The notes: generated by a model not told the origin, from the letters alone. A stretch of DNA of 64,000 nt from an uncultured Acidobacteriota bacterium (GCA_963795735.1 CAWCIU010000002.1:166217-230216); one strand, 5' to 3'; positions 1 to 11,082 are shown, counted from the stretch's first letter. Numbers and translations: made by a program.

Positions 1-1
1 T

Positions 2-418
2 GCCGCCGATGTGGCCGTGCATGTCGACGAACCCCGGCAGCACGTACTGGCCGTGAAGGTCCATCTCGCGGTCCCCCGGCTCCGCCTTGAGCCGGTGCTC
101 GGGGTCGGGAGCGGCCCCGGGGCTGCCGGCCGGCACCACCTGGGCGATCCGGTTCTTCTCGATCACGATGTCCACCGGACCCATTGGCGGCGCGCCGGTG
201 CCGTCGATCAGCGTCACGCCGCGCAGGATCAGCCGCTTGAACGGCCCCTCCCCCTCGGCCCGCGGCGGTGCCGGCAGGACCGAAGCCTCCTCCTTGCCCG
301 CCTTCTCCTTTTTCTCCTTGCCTTTCCCGGCCTTCGTCTCCGCCCCCTGCGCCGCCAGACAGCCGGCGAGCAGCAGGACACCCCAGAGCAGCCCTGTCGT
401 CTTTCTCATCGTCCTCAT
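2..418 (-). CDS. Amidohydrolase-family lipoprotein, N-terminal part; the gene continues beyond the window start
   Basis: Minus-strand translation from ATG 416-418: MRTMRKTTGLLWGVLLLAGCLAAQ (signal peptide with lipobox LAGC) ...GVTLIDGTG...LPGFVDMHGHIGG. The D-x-H-x-H metal-binding motif is typical of metal-dependent amidohydrolases. Not in the supplied ORF track because it is partial. Confidence 0.6.
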   Translation of the reverse strand, partial: MRTMRKTTGLLWGVLLLAGCLAAQGAETKAGKGKEKKEKAGKEEASVLPAPPRAEGEGPFKRLILRGVTLIDGTGAPPMGPVDIVIEKNRIAQVVPAGSPGAAPDPEHRLKAEPGDREMDLHGQYVLPGFVDMHGHIGG

Positions 419-430
419 CGCTCGAAATCC

Positions 431-3391
431 TCAGGAACCGGCCAGGGCGCTCACGTCGGCGCCGTTCTCGCGGGCCTTCTTCAGCGCCTTGTCGAGCTCC
501 TCCTTGTGGCCGGTCGCCCGGGCGGAGATCGCCAGCAGGGCATACCCCTCGCTGCTGTCCAGCGCGTCGACGCCGGGATTCAACCCCTTGCGCAGCCGCT
601 GGAAAGCCTTGTCGTAGTTGCCGCGCCGCACGTCGAGCCGCGATTTGAGGAGCGTGAACTCCTCCCCATCCCCGAGCAGATAACTCGCCTTGCCGAGCGC
701 CGCATCGGCGTCGTCATCCCTCCCCTGGTCGAGCAGGAGGCGGGCGCGGCCGAGCTCGATCTGGGCGTTCATCACCCGCTTGGCGTACTGGAGATCCGCG
801 TAGTAGACCGTCTCGCCGTTGTCCGGCGGCGGCTCGTCGGTCGCCAGAGCCTTGTCGTAGAGCGCCACGGCCTCCTGCGCCTTGCCGTCGGCGCCCGCCT
901 TGAGGGCGCGGTAGTACAGCGTCCGCTTGGGATGGCGGCCCTCGTCGAAGAACAGGCCGAAGACCTTGCTGTGGCGGTCGAGCCAGAACGCCTTGGGATC
1001 GTGCTCGACGGGGATCTCGAAGTCGGTCGTCTCCCCCTTGACCAGGATGTTCCCACGGACGGTCGCGTTGGCGCCGTCCTTCCCCTTCCCTTTGCCCTGC
1101 TTCGGGTCGTAGACCTCAATGTCGACCGGCACCACCAGCGTGGACTGCCGGACGTCGATCTGCGGCACCACCTCGCGAGCGACGTCGAAAGTGCCGCGGG
1201 GGGTCTGGACGACCTTGTAGCGGTAGCGGTGCGGCGTCTGCTGCCGGGCCACCCCCTTGACCACCCAGCCCTCCCCCTTCTTCTCGTATCCGTAGGTATA
1301 GAGGATCTCGGGCAGGCCGGTGCCGTAGACGAACTGGCTGGTGAAGGCCTTGAGGTCGGAGCCCGTGATCCGCTCGATCAGCGTGAAGAGCTCCTCGGTC
1401 GTGATCGTCCCCGCAGCCGAGACCTTGACGACCTGCTTCAGGACCTTGGGGAAGTTCTGCTCCCCCAGACCGCGGGCCAGCATGTCCAGGATCAGCGCGC
1501 CCTTCTCATAGACGATCGCCTCGTAGGCATTGTCCGAGTGGCTGGAGAACAGCCGCGCGCCGAGCACCACGGGACCGATCGATTCGAGGGAACGGCCGTC
1601 CGGCAGGGAGGAGGTCAGCGCGCGCTGCCAGCCGGAGGTGAGATCGACCCCCTTGTAGTCGCCGCCGAGGCGCTCCTTGCCGAAGAGCAGGGCCGCGTAG
1701 CTCGCCATCGCCTCGCTGATCCACTGGTCGCGGTAGCTCGTCCAGCCGACCTGGTCGCCCCACCACTGGTGGGCGATCTCGTGGGCGACCACCAGCCGGC
1801 GGTCCTCCACCCCGAAGAAGCGGTTCCACATGCCCAGGTCGTTCAGCACGCCGTTCGACAGGGTGACGAAGCCCAGCATGCCTTGCGAGAAGTTGCGGTT
1901 GGCGGTGGTCACCGTCAGCTCGTCGAGCGGATAAGGGCCGAACTTCTCCTCGTAGAATTGCAGCGAGTCGGTGACCGCCTTGATCACGTCGTCCCGGCCG
2001 CCGCGCCCGGTGAAGGCGGTGCCCGAGCCAAAGGCGAACCTCACCTGGACGTGGCCGGCCCGCGCCGTCTCGACCTTGAACCGGCCGACCTCGAAGGAGA
2101 AGCCGAACGAAGGGAGATCCAGGGAGCGGTGCTCCCAATGGCTGCCGTCCGGACTATCGCCGCCGCCCAGCCGCCGGCCGCTCGCGACCAGCTCGAGCCC
2201 CTTGGGCCAATGGAAGGTCACGTCGTAGGGCGCCCGGTCGATGCCCCCCGCGTGGGGATACCAGCCCATGGTATCGAGGAGGGTGAACAGGTTCCAGTCC
2301 TTGTCGACGGGGCGGCCGGCGTATTCGACCACCACGGTGGCCGTTCCTCCGGAGGGAGGCGCCTGGGGCAGGACCACGGTGAGCTGGCCGCCGGTGCGCA
2401 GATAGAAGAGCGGCGCGCCGGCGGCGTCGGTCACCTTGCTGACCTGGAAGTCCCCCGGCAGGGTGAGCGCCACGGCCCGGGAGCCCGCGATGACCGGCTG
2501 GAGCTCGATCCGGGCCTTGCCCACCAGGCGCAGCTCGCGCTCCTCCAGGGTCACGTCGAGGGTGTACTTCTTCGGCTCGAACGTCGGCGCTCCGAGCGCC
2601 GGCTTCCCCGCCGCCGTCCGCAGCGAGGCGGAGAGCCAAGTGTCCCATTGTCCCAGGTCGTCCAGCTCCACTCCCACCATCCGTCCCTTGCGCTGCTCCC
2701 GGGTGATCGCCTTGAGGATCTTCCGTTTCTCCCGCTCCGTAGCCTCGAGGGGGACGAAGTGGCCGAGCGTCACCTGCTCCCGCACGCCGGGATCGACGCA
2801 GTAGGAGATGTCCCCCAACTCGCCGCCGCGGAGCCAGGCGGCGAAGTAGCCCAGGGCGACGGGGTCGCGCAGGGCGTTGAGCAGGATTCCCCGCTCGGCG
2901 CTCAGGTACTTCCACTCCCCCTTCTTGCGCCAGTCGGCGTAGAGGGCCTCCGCCTGGCGGACCTTGCCGGCGTCCGGCTGCGCCGCGGTCTTGCGCAGCA
3001 TCGCCGCGACCGCCGCGTCCTGCCCGACCACCAGGACCGCCTGCTTGAACTCCGCGTCCAGCCGCGAGCCGCCGGTGAACAGCTCGAGCTGCCCCCCTTC
3101 GATGGCGTCCGGCGGCTCGATCTCCAGCCGTCCCTTGCCCAGGAAGACCATCTCGACCGTCTTGCCCCCCACCGGAGTCGCCGGGATCAGCACCCCATCG
3201 TCCAAGCGAAGGGTGCCGAGGCCCACGGCGAGCTTGACGCCCTTCAGCGTCACCGCGCGGGCGGGCTCGAGCCTGGCGCCGGCGATGGCGGCCTGGAGCG
3301 CGGCCGGCTCGGGAGCCTGAGCCCGGAGGGCGCCCGCCGCGAGGAGGGTCAGAAGGCAGGAGAGCACGAGGGACCGGCGCGGTCTGTACAT
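431..3391 (-). CDS. Secreted M1-family zinc aminopeptidase with a C-terminal TPR-like region
   Basis: HEIAHQWWGD...E gluzincin motif (VVAHEIAHQWWGDQVGWTSYRDQWISEAMASY). Signal peptide MYRPRRSLVLSCLLTLLAAGALRA starts at ATG 3389-3391. The upstream 339 codons of the ORF-track call lack homology and overlap the MFS gene. Confidence 0.85.
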   Translation of the reverse strand: MYRPRRSLVLSCLLTLLAAGALRAQAPEPAALQAAIAGARLEPARAVTLKGVKLAVGLGTLRLDDGVLIPATPVGGKTVEMVFLGKGRLEIEPPDAIEGGQLELFTGGSRLDAEFKQAVLVVGQDAAVAAMLRKTAAQPDAGKVRQAEALYADWRKKGEWKYLSAERGILLNALRDPVALGYFAAWLRGGELGDISYCVDPGVREQVTLGHFVPLEATEREKRKILKAITREQRKGRMVGVELDDLGQWDTWLSASLRTAAGKPALGAPTFEPKKYTLDVTLEERELRLVGKARIELQPVIAGSRAVALTLPGDFQVSKVTDAAGAPLFYLRTGGQLTVVLPQAPPSGGTATVVVEYAGRPVDKDWNLFTLLDTMGWYPHAGGIDRAPYDVTFHWPKGLELVASGRRLGGGDSPDGSHWEHRSLDLPSFGFSFEVGRFKVETARAGHVQVRFAFGSGTAFTGRGGRDDVIKAVTDSLQFYEEKFGPYPLDELTVTTANRNFSQGMLGFVTLSNGVLNDLGMWNRFFGVEDRRLVVAHEIAHQWWGDQVGWTSYRDQWISEAMASYAALLFGKERLGGDYKGVDLTSGWQRALTSSLPDGRSLESIGPVVLGARLFSSHSDNAYEAIVYEKGALILDMLARGLGEQNFPKVLKQVVKVSAAGTITTEELFTLIERITGSDLKAFTSQFVYGTGLPEILYTYGYEKKGEGWVVKGVARQQTPHRYRYKVVQTPRGTFDVAREVVPQIDVRQSTLVVPVDIEVYDPKQGKGKGKDGANATVRGNILVKGETTDFEIPVEHDPKAFWLDRHSKVFGLFFDEGRHPKRTLYYRALKAGADGKAQEAVALYDKALATDEPPPDNGETVYYADLQYAKRVMNAQIELGRARLLLDQGRDDDADAALGKASYLLGDGEEFTLLKSRLDVRRGNYDKAFQRLRKGLNPGVDALDSSEGYALLAISARATGHKEELDKALKKARENGADVSALAGS

Positions 3392-3432
3392 CCGGAAAAC
3401 TCCTTGGGAAGGGGACGTTGCCACCAATTCTA

Positions 3433-4626
3433 TCAAGCGGCGGCGCGGCGCGGTACCACCACCGCCATCCCGATCGCCGCGATCAGGGCAAGCAAGGCGC
3501 CGAAGTCGAAGGCGGCGGCCGAGCCCCAGCGGTCCCAGAGGGCGCCGAAGAGGAGCGAGGCCGGCAGCGCCCCCACCCCGATCGCCAGGTTGTACCAGCC
3601 GAAGGCCGACCCGCGCCGGTCCTCGGGGACGAGATCGGCCACCAGCGCCTTCTCCACCCCCTCGGTCAGGCCGAAGTAGAGGCCGTAGACGGCGAACAGC
3701 GCCCAGGCCTGCCATCTCTGCCCGGCGTGGCCGAACAGGAAGTAGACGGCCGCGTAGACCAGCCAGCCGGCGACGATGAGGGGTTTGCGGCCGATCCGGT
3801 CCGACAGGATGCCGCCCGGCGTGTTGGAGGCCGCCTTCACGACGTTGAGCAGGGCCCAGAGGATGGGCACGAGGGCCGCGGAGACGCCGAGCTGCCCGGC
3901 GCGCAGCAGCAGGAACGCATCGGTGGAGTTGCCCAGCGTGAACAGCAGAAGGACCCCGAGATAGGCCCAGAACCGCCCACCCAGAGGAGTCTTCAGTCCG
4001 ACGTCCCCCTTCTTGCGTGGGGACGCCGTCCGCGGCACCTCGCGGACTCCGAAGAGCAGCGTCAACACCGCCAGGACGCCGGGGATGGCGGTGAGCAGGA
4101 AGACCGTGCGCAACTGGAGCCCGCCCCAGTGCAGGCAGGCGAAGGCGAGGAGCGGTCCCAGCACGGCGCCGGCATTGTCGGCGGCGTTGTGGAAGCCGAA
4201 TGCCCGGCCGCGCAGCTCCGGGGCCACCGAGTCGGCGATCAGGGCGTCCCGGGGGGAGCTGCGGATTCCCTTGCCCACCCGGTCGGCGACGCGGATTCCG
4301 AGCACCTGGCCCGCCGACTGGGCGAGACCGATGAAGGGGCGCACCACCGACGCGATTGCATATCCCGCGAGCACCAGGGGCTTGCGGCGGGACAGGCGGT
4401 CCGACCACCAGCCGCTGGCGAACTTGAGCAGCGCCGCCGTGCTCTCGGCGACCCCTTCGATAGTGCCCACGTAGGTGGCGCTCGCCCCCAGGACCGTGGC
4501 GAGGAAGATCGGCAACAGCGGATAGGTCATCTCGGTCGCCACGTCGGTGAGGAAGCTCACCGCGCTGAGGGAGACGACGTTGCGGCCGAGCCGTGGCCGC
4601 CGCGGGGGGAGGGGATCGGCCGTCAT
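3433..4626 (-). CDS. MFS transporter
   Basis: Twelve-TM hydrophobic pattern. Start trimmed to MTADPLPP (ATG 4624-4626). Conserved MFS loop motifs (GxxxDRxGRK-like: SDRIGRKPL). Confidence 0.8.
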   Translation of the reverse strand: MTADPLPPRRPRLGRNVVSLSAVSFLTDVATEMTYPLLPIFLATVLGASATYVGTIEGVAESTAALLKFASGWWSDRLSRRKPLVLAGYAIASVVRPFIGLAQSAGQVLGIRVADRVGKGIRSSPRDALIADSVAPELRGRAFGFHNAADNAGAVLGPLLAFACLHWGGLQLRTVFLLTAIPGVLAVLTLLFGVREVPRTASPRKKGDVGLKTPLGGRFWAYLGVLLLFTLGNSTDAFLLLRAGQLGVSAALVPILWALLNVVKAASNTPGGILSDRIGRKPLIVAGWLVYAAVYFLFGHAGQRWQAWALFAVYGLYFGLTEGVEKALVADLVPEDRRGSAFGWYNLAIGVGALPASLLFGALWDRWGSAAAFDFGALLALIAAIGMAVVVPRRAAA

Positions 4627-4670
4627 CAGGCGCGATTTTAGGATGGAACCGCGATTCAAGATGGAATGAG

Positions 4671-4709
4671 AATGAAAAAAGCGAACGGCCGGCGCACTTC
4701 GCGCCGGCC
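4671..4709 (-). terminator. Rho-independent terminator downstream of rplQ
   Basis: Perfect stem GGCCGGCGC/GCGCCGGCC (4687-4695 and 4701-4709) with a 5-nt loop, followed on the minus strand by UUUUUU (plus-strand aaaaaag 4671-4677). Confidence 0.65.
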
Positions 4710-4747
4710 GTCGGTGGACTTCGGAAACAGCTGGAAACGCTGTGGAG

Positions 4748-5353
4748 CTAGACGCTCTTCTTCGGTGTCGAGGTCTGGGCCTTTCCGGCCTTCTGGGTCG
4801 AAGGCTTCCGGCTCCCCTCTCCCTTGACCACCTTCTTCGGAGCGGCGGCTTCCTGCTTCGGCTGCTTCGACCGCTTCGGCTTGGCTTCCGCCTTGTCCGA
4901 CTCGTCGACCCGCTTGTTGGGCTTCTCCAGCTTGGGGCTTCCCCCCTTCGCCTTCGGAGCCTTGGATTCCTTGACCGGCTCGTCCGCCTCGGCCTCGTTG
5001 CGCACGACCAGCTCGAGCACCGCCATCTCGGCTCCGTCACCCTGACGGGGTCCGAGCTTGACGATGCGCAGGTAGCCGCCCGGACGCGTCTCGAAGCGTG
5101 GCGCGATCTCGTCGAACACCTTCTTGACCAGATCGCGCTTGAGCACCCAGCGCAGCACCCAGCGGCGGTCGTGCAGACCGCCGTGCTTGCCGCGGGTGAT
5201 CACCCTTTCGGCGATGGGCCGCAGCTCCTTCGCCTTGGGGAGCGTGGTGACGATCCGCTCCTTCTCGACCAGCGACTGGAGCTGGTTGCGGAACAGGGCC
5301 TCCCGGTGGGAGGAGACCCGGCCCAGCTTTCTGCCTTTGACTCCGTGACGCAT
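4748..5353 (-). CDS. rplQ: 50S ribosomal protein L17 with a Lys/Ala-rich C-terminal tail
   Basis: [24 protein letters not shown]... is the canonical L17 N-terminus. Confidence 0.95.
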   Translation of the reverse strand: MRHGVKGRKLGRVSSHREALFRNQLQSLVEKERIVTTLPKAKELRPIAERVITRGKHGGLHDRRWVLRWVLKRDLVKKVFDEIAPRFETRPGGYLRIVKLGPRQGDGAEMAVLELVVRNEAEADEPVKESKAPKAKGGSPKLEKPNKRVDESDKAEAKPKRSKQPKQEAAAPKKVVKGEGSRKPSTQKAGKAQTSTPKKSV

Positions 5354-5365
5354 GTGTCCCTCCCG

Positions 5366-6358
5366 TTAGGCCGAAGCGCTGATGCCGCCGGCCGGCCGCT
5401 CCGGCACGTCCATGCCGAGAGCGAGACCCAGCTTGTCGAGGACTTCCTGGACCTCCTCGAGCGACTTCTTGCCGAAGTTCTTGGTCTCCAACATGTCCTT
5501 CTCGGTCCGCCGCACCAGGTCGCGGAGCGTGTGGATGTTGGCGTTCTTGAGCGAGTTGGCGGAGCGGACCGAGAGGTCGAGCTCGTCGATGTTCTTGGCC
5601 AGCAGGGCGTCGAGGCCCGCCAGCTCCTCGCGGCCCAGCTCGCCGCCGTCGTGCCGCAGGCTCTCCTCGGTCTGGATGAAGATGCCGAGGTGGTCCTTGA
5701 GCAGCATGGAGGCGAGCGAAACCGCCTCCTCCGGCCGCACCGTGCCGTTGGTCCACACCTCGAGGATCAGGCGCTCGTAGTCGGTCGCCTGACCGACGCG
5801 GGCCGCCTCGACCCGGAAGTTGACCCGTCGGACGGGGCTATGGGCCGAGTCGACCGGAATCCAGCCGATGCCCATCGACTCGTCGAAGTTGCGGTCGGCC
5901 GAAACGTATCCCCGGCCGCGCTTGATCTGGGCCTGGAGCTTGAGCCGTCCCTCCTCGTTGAGGGTGGCGATGTGGATGTTGGGATCGTAGATCTCGATCT
6001 GCGGATCTTCCGTCATCTGGCCGGCCGTCACCTTGCCGGGACCCTGGACGTCGATCGACAGCACCTTCGGCTCCTCCGAGTGGAGGGTGATCGAAACCTG
6101 CTTGAGGTTGAGGATGATGTCGGTGACGTCCTCGACCACGCCGGGAATCGACGAGAACTCGTGCAGCACCCCCTCGGCGTTGACCGCGGTGATGGCCGCG
6201 CCCTCGATCGAGGAGAGCAGGCAGCGACGCAGGGCGTTGCCGACCGTCGTCGCGAAGCCCCGCTCGAACGGCTGTGCCGTGAACCGGCCGTAGGTCGCCG
6301 TCAGGGTCTCGGCGTCCGCCTCGACCCGCTTGGGGCGTTGAAAACCTTTCCAAAGCAT
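5366..6358 (-). CDS. rpoA: DNA-directed RNA polymerase alpha subunit
   Basis: Start trimmed to MLWKGFQRPKRVE (ATG 6356-6358), giving 330 aa. Conserved alpha NTD and CTD (…LEEVQEVLDKLGLALGMD). Confidence 0.95.
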   Translation of the reverse strand: MLWKGFQRPKRVEADAETLTATYGRFTAQPFERGFATTVGNALRRCLLSSIEGAAITAVNAEGVLHEFSSIPGVVEDVTDIILNLKQVSITLHSEEPKVLSIDVQGPGKVTAGQMTEDPQIEIYDPNIHIATLNEEGRLKLQAQIKRGRGYVSADRNFDESMGIGWIPVDSAHSPVRRVNFRVEAARVGQATDYERLILEVWTNGTVRPEEAVSLASMLLKDHLGIFIQTEESLRHDGGELGREELAGLDALLAKNIDELDLSVRSANSLKNANIHTLRDLVRRTEKDMLETKNFGKKSLEEVQEVLDKLGLALGMDVPERPAGGISASA

Positions 6359-6392
6359 TGAAAAACTCCTTCCCTGGGGTTCGACTCCACCG

Positions 6393-7022
6393 TCAGCGGC
6401 TGTAGAGCTCGACGATGAGCTGCTCCTGGATCGGGAGCTTGATGTCCTCGCGAACCGGCAGCCGGAGCACCCGGCCGCTCGTATTCTCCGCGTTGAGCTC
6501 CAGCCAGTCCGGCACACCGCGGCCACGCGCCGTCTCGACGCTCGACCGGATCAGCACGTTCTTGCGGCTGGCCTCCTTGACCGCCACCGTCTGCCCCGCC
6601 TTCACCTGGAAGGAGGGGATGGTGATCTTGCGGTTGTCCACCTGCACGTGGCCATGGCGGACGAGCTGGCGGGCCTGGGCACGCGAAGCGGCGAACCCCA
6701 GGCTGTAGACGATGTTGTCCAGGCGCCGCTCGAGCATCACCAGGAGGTTCTCGCCGGTGATCCCCTTGCGGCGGTCGGCCTCGCTGAAATAGTTGCGGAA
6801 CTGGGACTCGAGCACTCCGTAGATGCGCTTGACCTTCTGCTTCTCGCGGAGCTGCAGGCCGTAGCCGAGCGTCCGCCGGCCGCGCCGGGTGCCATGCTGG
6901 CCCGGTGGGAAGTTGCGGCGCTCGACGGCGCATTTCTCCTTGAAGCAGCGGTCCCCCTTCAGGAACAGCTTCATCCGTTCGCGCCGGCACAGCCGGCAAA
7001 CGGGTCCTGTATATCTGGCCAC
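6393..7022 (-). CDS. rpsD: 30S ribosomal protein S4, zinc-binding type
   Basis: [15 protein letters not shown]...CFKEKC. S4 N-terminus carrying a Cys cluster. Confidence 0.95.
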   Translation of the reverse strand: MARYTGPVCRLCRRERMKLFLKGDRCFKEKCAVERRNFPPGQHGTRRGRRTLGYGLQLREKQKVKRIYGVLESQFRNYFSEADRRKGITGENLLVMLERRLDNIVYSLGFAASRAQARQLVRHGHVQVDNRKITIPSFQVKAGQTVAVKEASRKNVLIRSSVETARGRGVPDWLELNAENTSGRVLRLPVREDIKLPIQEQLIVELYSR

Positions 7023-7143
7023 TGGATCTCTCCTTGACGTCCTCTCCCCGAGGCTACGGGGACTTCAACTTGGGAAGACGCACGACACCCCCGGCACGCC
7101 CGGGGGCTCGAAGCTCGGCGGTCCCGAGAAAATGTGTAGCGGG

Positions 7144-7548
7144 CTAGACGCGGCGCCGCTTGCGCGGACGGCAGCCGTTGTGCGGAATGGGGGTCACGTC
7201 CTTGATCGACTTGACCTCGATGCCCGCGGCCTGCAGGGCCCGCACCGCCGACTCGCGCCCCGCGCCCGGGCCCTTGACCATCACGTCCACCGAGCGCACG
7301 CCGGCGTCCTTGGCCTGGTTGCCGCAGTTCTGCGCCGCCACCTGGGCGGCGAAGGGCGTACCCTTGCGCGAGCCCTTGAAACCGATCCGGCCGGCCGACG
7401 ACCAAGCGAGGACGCTGCCCTCGGGGTCGGCGATCGTCACGATCGTGTTGTTGAAGGTCGCCTGGATGTGCGCGACGCCGTGCGGCACGTTGCGCTTCTC
7501 CTTGCGCTTGGCGCCCTTCTTGTCCTTCTTTCCTTCCGCTTTGGCCAT
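7144..7548 (-). CDS. rpsK: 30S ribosomal protein S11
   Basis: [18 protein letters not shown]-like core. Confidence 0.95.
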   Translation of the reverse strand: MAKAEGKKDKKGAKRKEKRNVPHGVAHIQATFNNTIVTIADPEGSVLAWSSAGRIGFKGSRKGTPFAAQVAAQNCGNQAKDAGVRSVDVMVKGPGAGRESAVRALQAAGIEVKSIKDVTPIPHNGCRPRKRRRV

Positions 7549-7563
7549 CTGAAGTCCCCTGAA

Positions 7564-7947
7564 TTACTTCTTGGTCGCCTTCTTCTTGCCCGCCACGGCG
7601 CCGCGGCGCGGCCCCTTGCGGGTGCGAGAGTTGGTCTGGGTCCGCTGGCCGCGCGCCGGCAGGCCCCGGCGATGGCGAACGCCGCGGTAGCAGCCGATCT
7701 CCATCAGCCGCTTGATGTTCTGGCTGATCTCCTTGCGGAGATCGCCCTCCACCCGCCCCTCGTCCTGGATGACCTTGCGGATGCGCTGGGCCTCGACCTC
7801 GGTGAGGTCCTTCACCTTGGTGACGTCCGGCACACTGGCCTTGACCAGGATGTCGCGCGAGCGCGAGCGGCCGATGCCGTAGATGTAGGTGAGCCCGATC
7901 CAGACCTGCTTGTTCTGCGGCAGGTCGACTCCTGAAATGCGTGCCAT
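7564..7947 (-). CDS. rpsM: 30S ribosomal protein S13
   Basis: [26 protein letters not shown]... Confidence 0.95.
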   Translation of the reverse strand: MARISGVDLPQNKQVWIGLTYIYGIGRSRSRDILVKASVPDVTKVKDLTEVEAQRIRKVIQDEGRVEGDLRKEISQNIKRLMEIGCYRGVRHRRGLPARGQRTQTNSRTRKGPRRGAVAGKKKATKK

Positions 7948-7956
7948 AGCGACTCC

Positions 7957-8070
7957 CTATCCCTGACGCTGCTTGTGTTTCGGGTTCTCGCAAATCACCC
8001 GCACGACGCCCTTGCGACGGACGACCTTGCACTTCGGGCAGATCCGCTTGACCGATGAACGTACTTTCAT
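7957..8070 (-). CDS. rpmJ: 50S ribosomal protein L36, zinc-ribbon type
   Basis: Absent from the ORF track because it is only 37 aa. The reverse complement of 7957-8070 translates to [37 protein letters not shown] and sits in the canonical infA-rpmJ-rpsM position. Confidence 0.9.
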   Translation of the reverse strand: MKVRSSVKRICPKCKVVRRKGVVRVICENPKHKQRQG

Positions 8071-8119
8071 GTCCGACTTCCTTTCCCCGCGTCTACTTCA
8101 GCCGCCCTGTTTCAGCCGC

Positions 8120-8350
8120 CTACTTCAGCCGGTAGACGATCCGGCCCCGGTTGAGGTCGTACGGCGACAGCTCGACCAGCACCCGGTCTCCAGGCAGGAT
8201 GCGGATGAAGTGCTTGCGCATCTTCCCCGAGATGTGCGCCAGGACCTGGTGCTTGTTGCCGTTGAGCTCCACCTCGACGCGGAACATCGCGTTGGGGAGC
8301 GGCTCCACCACTACCGCCTCAACTTCGATCGCCTCTTCTTTCGTGGACAA
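8120..8350 (-). CDS. infA: Translation initiation factor IF-1
   Basis: ...[25 protein letters not shown]-like S1 domain. Confidence 0.95.
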   Translation of the reverse strand: MSTKEEAIEVEAVVVEPLPNAMFRVEVELNGNKHQVLAHISGKMRKHFIRILPGDRVLVELSPYDLNRGRIVYRLK

Positions 8351-8364
8351 ACGCCCTTCCTCTC

Positions 8365-9132
8365 CTATTGCATCCGGTCGGTGCCCAGCACCCGGGCTCC
8401 CGAGGCGGTCACCGCCACCGAAAACTCGAAGTGGGCCGACAGCGACCCATCTTCCGTGCGCGCCGTCCAGCCGTCGGCGTCCATCTTGACGCCGCTCGTG
8501 CCGGCGTTGACCATCGGCTCGATCGCCAGCACCATCCCCGACCTGAGCTTCAGCCCCTTGCCGGGAACGCCGAAATTCGGCACCTGCGGGTCCTCGTGCA
8601 GCGAGGTCCCGACGCCGTGCCCCGTGAACTCTCGCACCACCGAGTAGCCGTGGCTCTCGGCGTGCCGCTGGACCGCCCAGCCGATGTCCGCCACCCGGCC
8701 GCCGGGCCGCACCTGCGCCACCGCCAAGTGCAGCGACTCCTCGGTGACCCGCAGCAGCCGTTGCGCCTCGGGACCGATCGTGCCGACCGCGAAGGTGCGC
8801 GCGGCGTCACCGCAGTACCCCTTGTAGAAGACGCCGCAGTCGATGCCGACGATGTCTCCCTCCTGGAGGGGAACCTCTCCGGGGATGCCGTGCACGATGA
8901 CGTCGTTGACCGAGATGCACAACGTCGCCGGGTAGCCCCGGTAGTTCAAGAAGGCCGGGACCCCACCGGCTTCACGGATGACGCGCTCGGCGAGACGGTC
9001 GAGCTCGCGCGTCTTGACCCCGGGAAGCATCCGCCGGCCCACCTCATCCAACACCTTGTGGACGATCCGGTTGGCCTGGTCCATCAGGTCGATCTCGCCC
9101 GGGGTCTTGAGCACCGCGGCCATCGACTTCAA
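8365..9132 (-). CDS. map: Methionine aminopeptidase, type I
   Basis: Pita-bread fold motifs (…[12 protein letters not shown]…, …FTGHGVG…). Confidence 0.9.
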   Translation of the reverse strand: MKSMAAVLKTPGEIDLMDQANRIVHKVLDEVGRRMLPGVKTRELDRLAERVIREAGGVPAFLNYRGYPATLCISVNDVIVHGIPGEVPLQEGDIVGIDCGVFYKGYCGDAARTFAVGTIGPEAQRLLRVTEESLHLAVAQVRPGGRVADIGWAVQRHAESHGYSVVREFTGHGVGTSLHEDPQVPNFGVPGKGLKLRSGMVLAIEPMVNAGTSGVKMDADGWTARTEDGSLSAHFEFSVAVTASGARVLGTDRMQ

Positions 9133-9716
9133 GACCCGGCAGCGCCAAACAGAGCGACCATCCCGGCCGTCACATCCTCGACCGGACGGTTCCCGTCGAT
9201 CTCGCGCAGCAGACCGCGCTCCCTATAATAACCGATCAGGGGCGCGGTTTTTTCCCGGTACACCCGCAGGCGCTCCCGGATCACCTCTTCCTTGTCGTCT
9301 CCGCGGCCGCGCAGCAGCGTCCGGCGGACCAGCTCCTCCTCGGGCACGTCGACCAGCAGCACCGCGCCGAGGTCCTGGCCGGCGTCGCGGAGGATGCCCG
9401 CCAGCGTCTCGGCCTGCGGCAGCGTCCGCGGGTAGCCGTCGAGCAGGAAGCCGCGGCGGGCGTCCGGCTTGGCCAGCCGGTCGCGCACCACGTCCGCCAT
9501 CGTGGCGTCGTCCACCAGGGCACCGGAAGCCATGATGCCCTGCACTTTATTCCCCAGCTCGCTGCCTTCCTTCACCGCGTCGCGCAGCATGTCGCCCGTC
9601 GAGATGTGGGGAACGCCCAGCCGCTCGCAGAGCACCTGGGCCTGGGTCCCCTTGCCGGCTCCCGGGGGGCCCAGCAGCACCACCCGGGCGGAGCCTGGGC
9701 TAGCCGCGTCGGCCAC
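9129..9716 (-). CDS. adk: Adenylate kinase
   Basis: P-loop LLGPPGAGKGTQA and a LID region. The true start may be the internal GTG at 9683, which would remove the 17-nt overlap with secY. Confidence 0.9.
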   Translation of the reverse strand: MADAASPGSARVVLLGPPGAGKGTQAQVLCERLGVPHISTGDMLRDAVKEGSELGNKVQGIMASGALVDDATMADVVRDRLAKPDARRGFLLDGYPRTLPQAETLAGILRDAGQDLGAVLLVDVPEEELVRRTLLRGRGDDKEEVIRERLRVYREKTAPLIGYYRERGLLREIDGNRPVEDVTAGMVALFGAAGS

Positions 9717-11082
9717 GGATGCGTCCCCTCTTCATGAACCCCTCGTAGTTGCGCATCACGAGCTGGCTCTCGACCTGCTGGATGGTGTCCATCGCCACGC
9801 CGACCACGATCAGCAGCGAGGTGCCGCCGAAGTAGAACTGGATCCCCATTCCTTGCGTGAACCACTCCGGGAAGTAGGGAGCGATCTGCGGCCCGAGGAG
9901 CGGGATCTGCGCCACGTGGAAGCCGGTGAGCAGGAACTCCGGCAGCACGGTGACCGCCGAGAGGTAGAGCGCGCCCACCAGGTTCAGCCGGGTCAGGATG
10001 CGGTCGATGTACTCCGAAGTCCGCTTGCCGGGGCGGATGCCGGGGATGAACCCGCCGTACTTCCGCATGTTCTCGGCCAGGTCCGTCGGATTGAAGATGA
10101 TCGACACGTAGAAGTACGAGAAGAAGACGATCATCAGGACCTGCAGCAGGTAGTACAGCGGCGTCCCGTAGTTGAGGTAGCTGACGACCTTCTGCACGCC
10201 CTCGTTCTGCACCAGGTTCGAGATCACCGTCGGCACCGTCACCACGGAGCTGGCGAAGATCACCGGGATGACGCCGCCGGTGTTGACCCGCAGCGGCAGG
10301 TAGGTGCTCTGGCCACCGTAGACCTTGCGGCCCACCACGCGCTTGGCGTACTGCACCGGAATGCGGCGCTGCGCCCGCTCCATGTAGACGATGAAGGCGA
10401 CCACCAGGACCATGAAGACCAGCAGCGGGATCAGCATGATCAGGCTGAGGTTGCCCTGCTGGATGCCGTGGATCGTCGTGCCGACCGCCGGGACCAGGCC
10501 CACCACGATGCCGGCGAAGATGATCAGCGAGATGCCGTTGCCGATGCCCCGCTCGCTGATCTGCTCGCCCAGCCACATGATGAACGCCGTGCCGGTGGTC
10601 AGCGTGATCACCGTCAGCATCCGGAAGCCCCAGCCGGGTTGCGGCACCAGCGGCGCGCCGCCCGGAGCCGAGGTGCGCTCCAGCCAGATCGCGATGCCGG
10701 TGCCCTGGATGATCGAGATCAGCACCGTCCCGTAGCGGGTCCACTGGGTGATCTTGCGCCGGCCGAGCTCGCCCTCCTTGGAGAGCTTCTCGAGGTAGGG
10801 CCAGACCACCGTCAGCAGCTGCAGGATGATCGACGCGGTGATGTAGGGCATGATGCCCAGCGCGAACACCGCGAACTTCTGCAGGCTTCCACCGGTGAAG
10901 GTGTTGACGAAGCCGAGCAGACCGCCCCCCTGGGCGTTCATGAACTCGAGCAGCGCCTGGGGATCGATGCCGGGGCTCGGGATGTGGCAGCCGACCCGGT
11001 AGACGGCGAGCAGCCCGAACGTGAACAGCACCCGCTTGCGCAGGTCCGGAATCGCGAAGATATTGCGAAAGCTTTCGATCAC
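9700..11082 (-). CDS. secY: Preprotein translocase subunit SecY
   Basis: [21 protein letters not shown]..., 10 TM segments. Confidence 0.95.
   Translation of the reverse strand: MIESFRNIFAIPDLRKRVLFTFGLLAVYRVGCHIPSPGIDPQALLEFMNAQGGGLLGFVNTFTGGSLQKFAVFALGIMPYITASIILQLLTVVWPYLEKLSKEGELGRRKITQWTRYGTVLISIIQGTGIAIWLERTSAPGGAPLVPQPGWGFRMLTVITLTTGTAFIMWLGEQISERGIGNGISLIIFAGIVVGLVPAVGTTIHGIQQGNLSLIMLIPLLVFMVLVVAFIVYMERAQRRIPVQYAKRVVGRKVYGGQSTYLPLRVNTGGVIPVIFASSVVTVPTVISNLVQNEGVQKVVSYLNYGTPLYYLLQVLMIVFFSYFYVSIIFNPTDLAENMRKYGGFIPGIRPGKRTSEYIDRILTRLNLVGALYLSAVTVLPEFLLTGFHVAQIPLLGPQIAPYFPEWFTQGMGIQFYFGGTSLLIVVGVAMDTIQQVESQLVMRNYEGFMKRGRIRGRRG

Noticed and set aside
11-3679. 1222-aa plus-strand ORF
   Set aside because: Antisense to the M1 aminopeptidase and MFS genes. 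No start context, Arg/Gly/Pro-rich shadow composition typical of high-GC DNA, and no recognisable domains.
4742-6361. 539-aa plus-strand ORF over rplQ/rpoA, with similar overlapping ORFs throughout the ribosomal cluster
   Set aside because: Opposite strand of universally conserved ribosomal and RNAP genes. Artefacts of GC3 bias.
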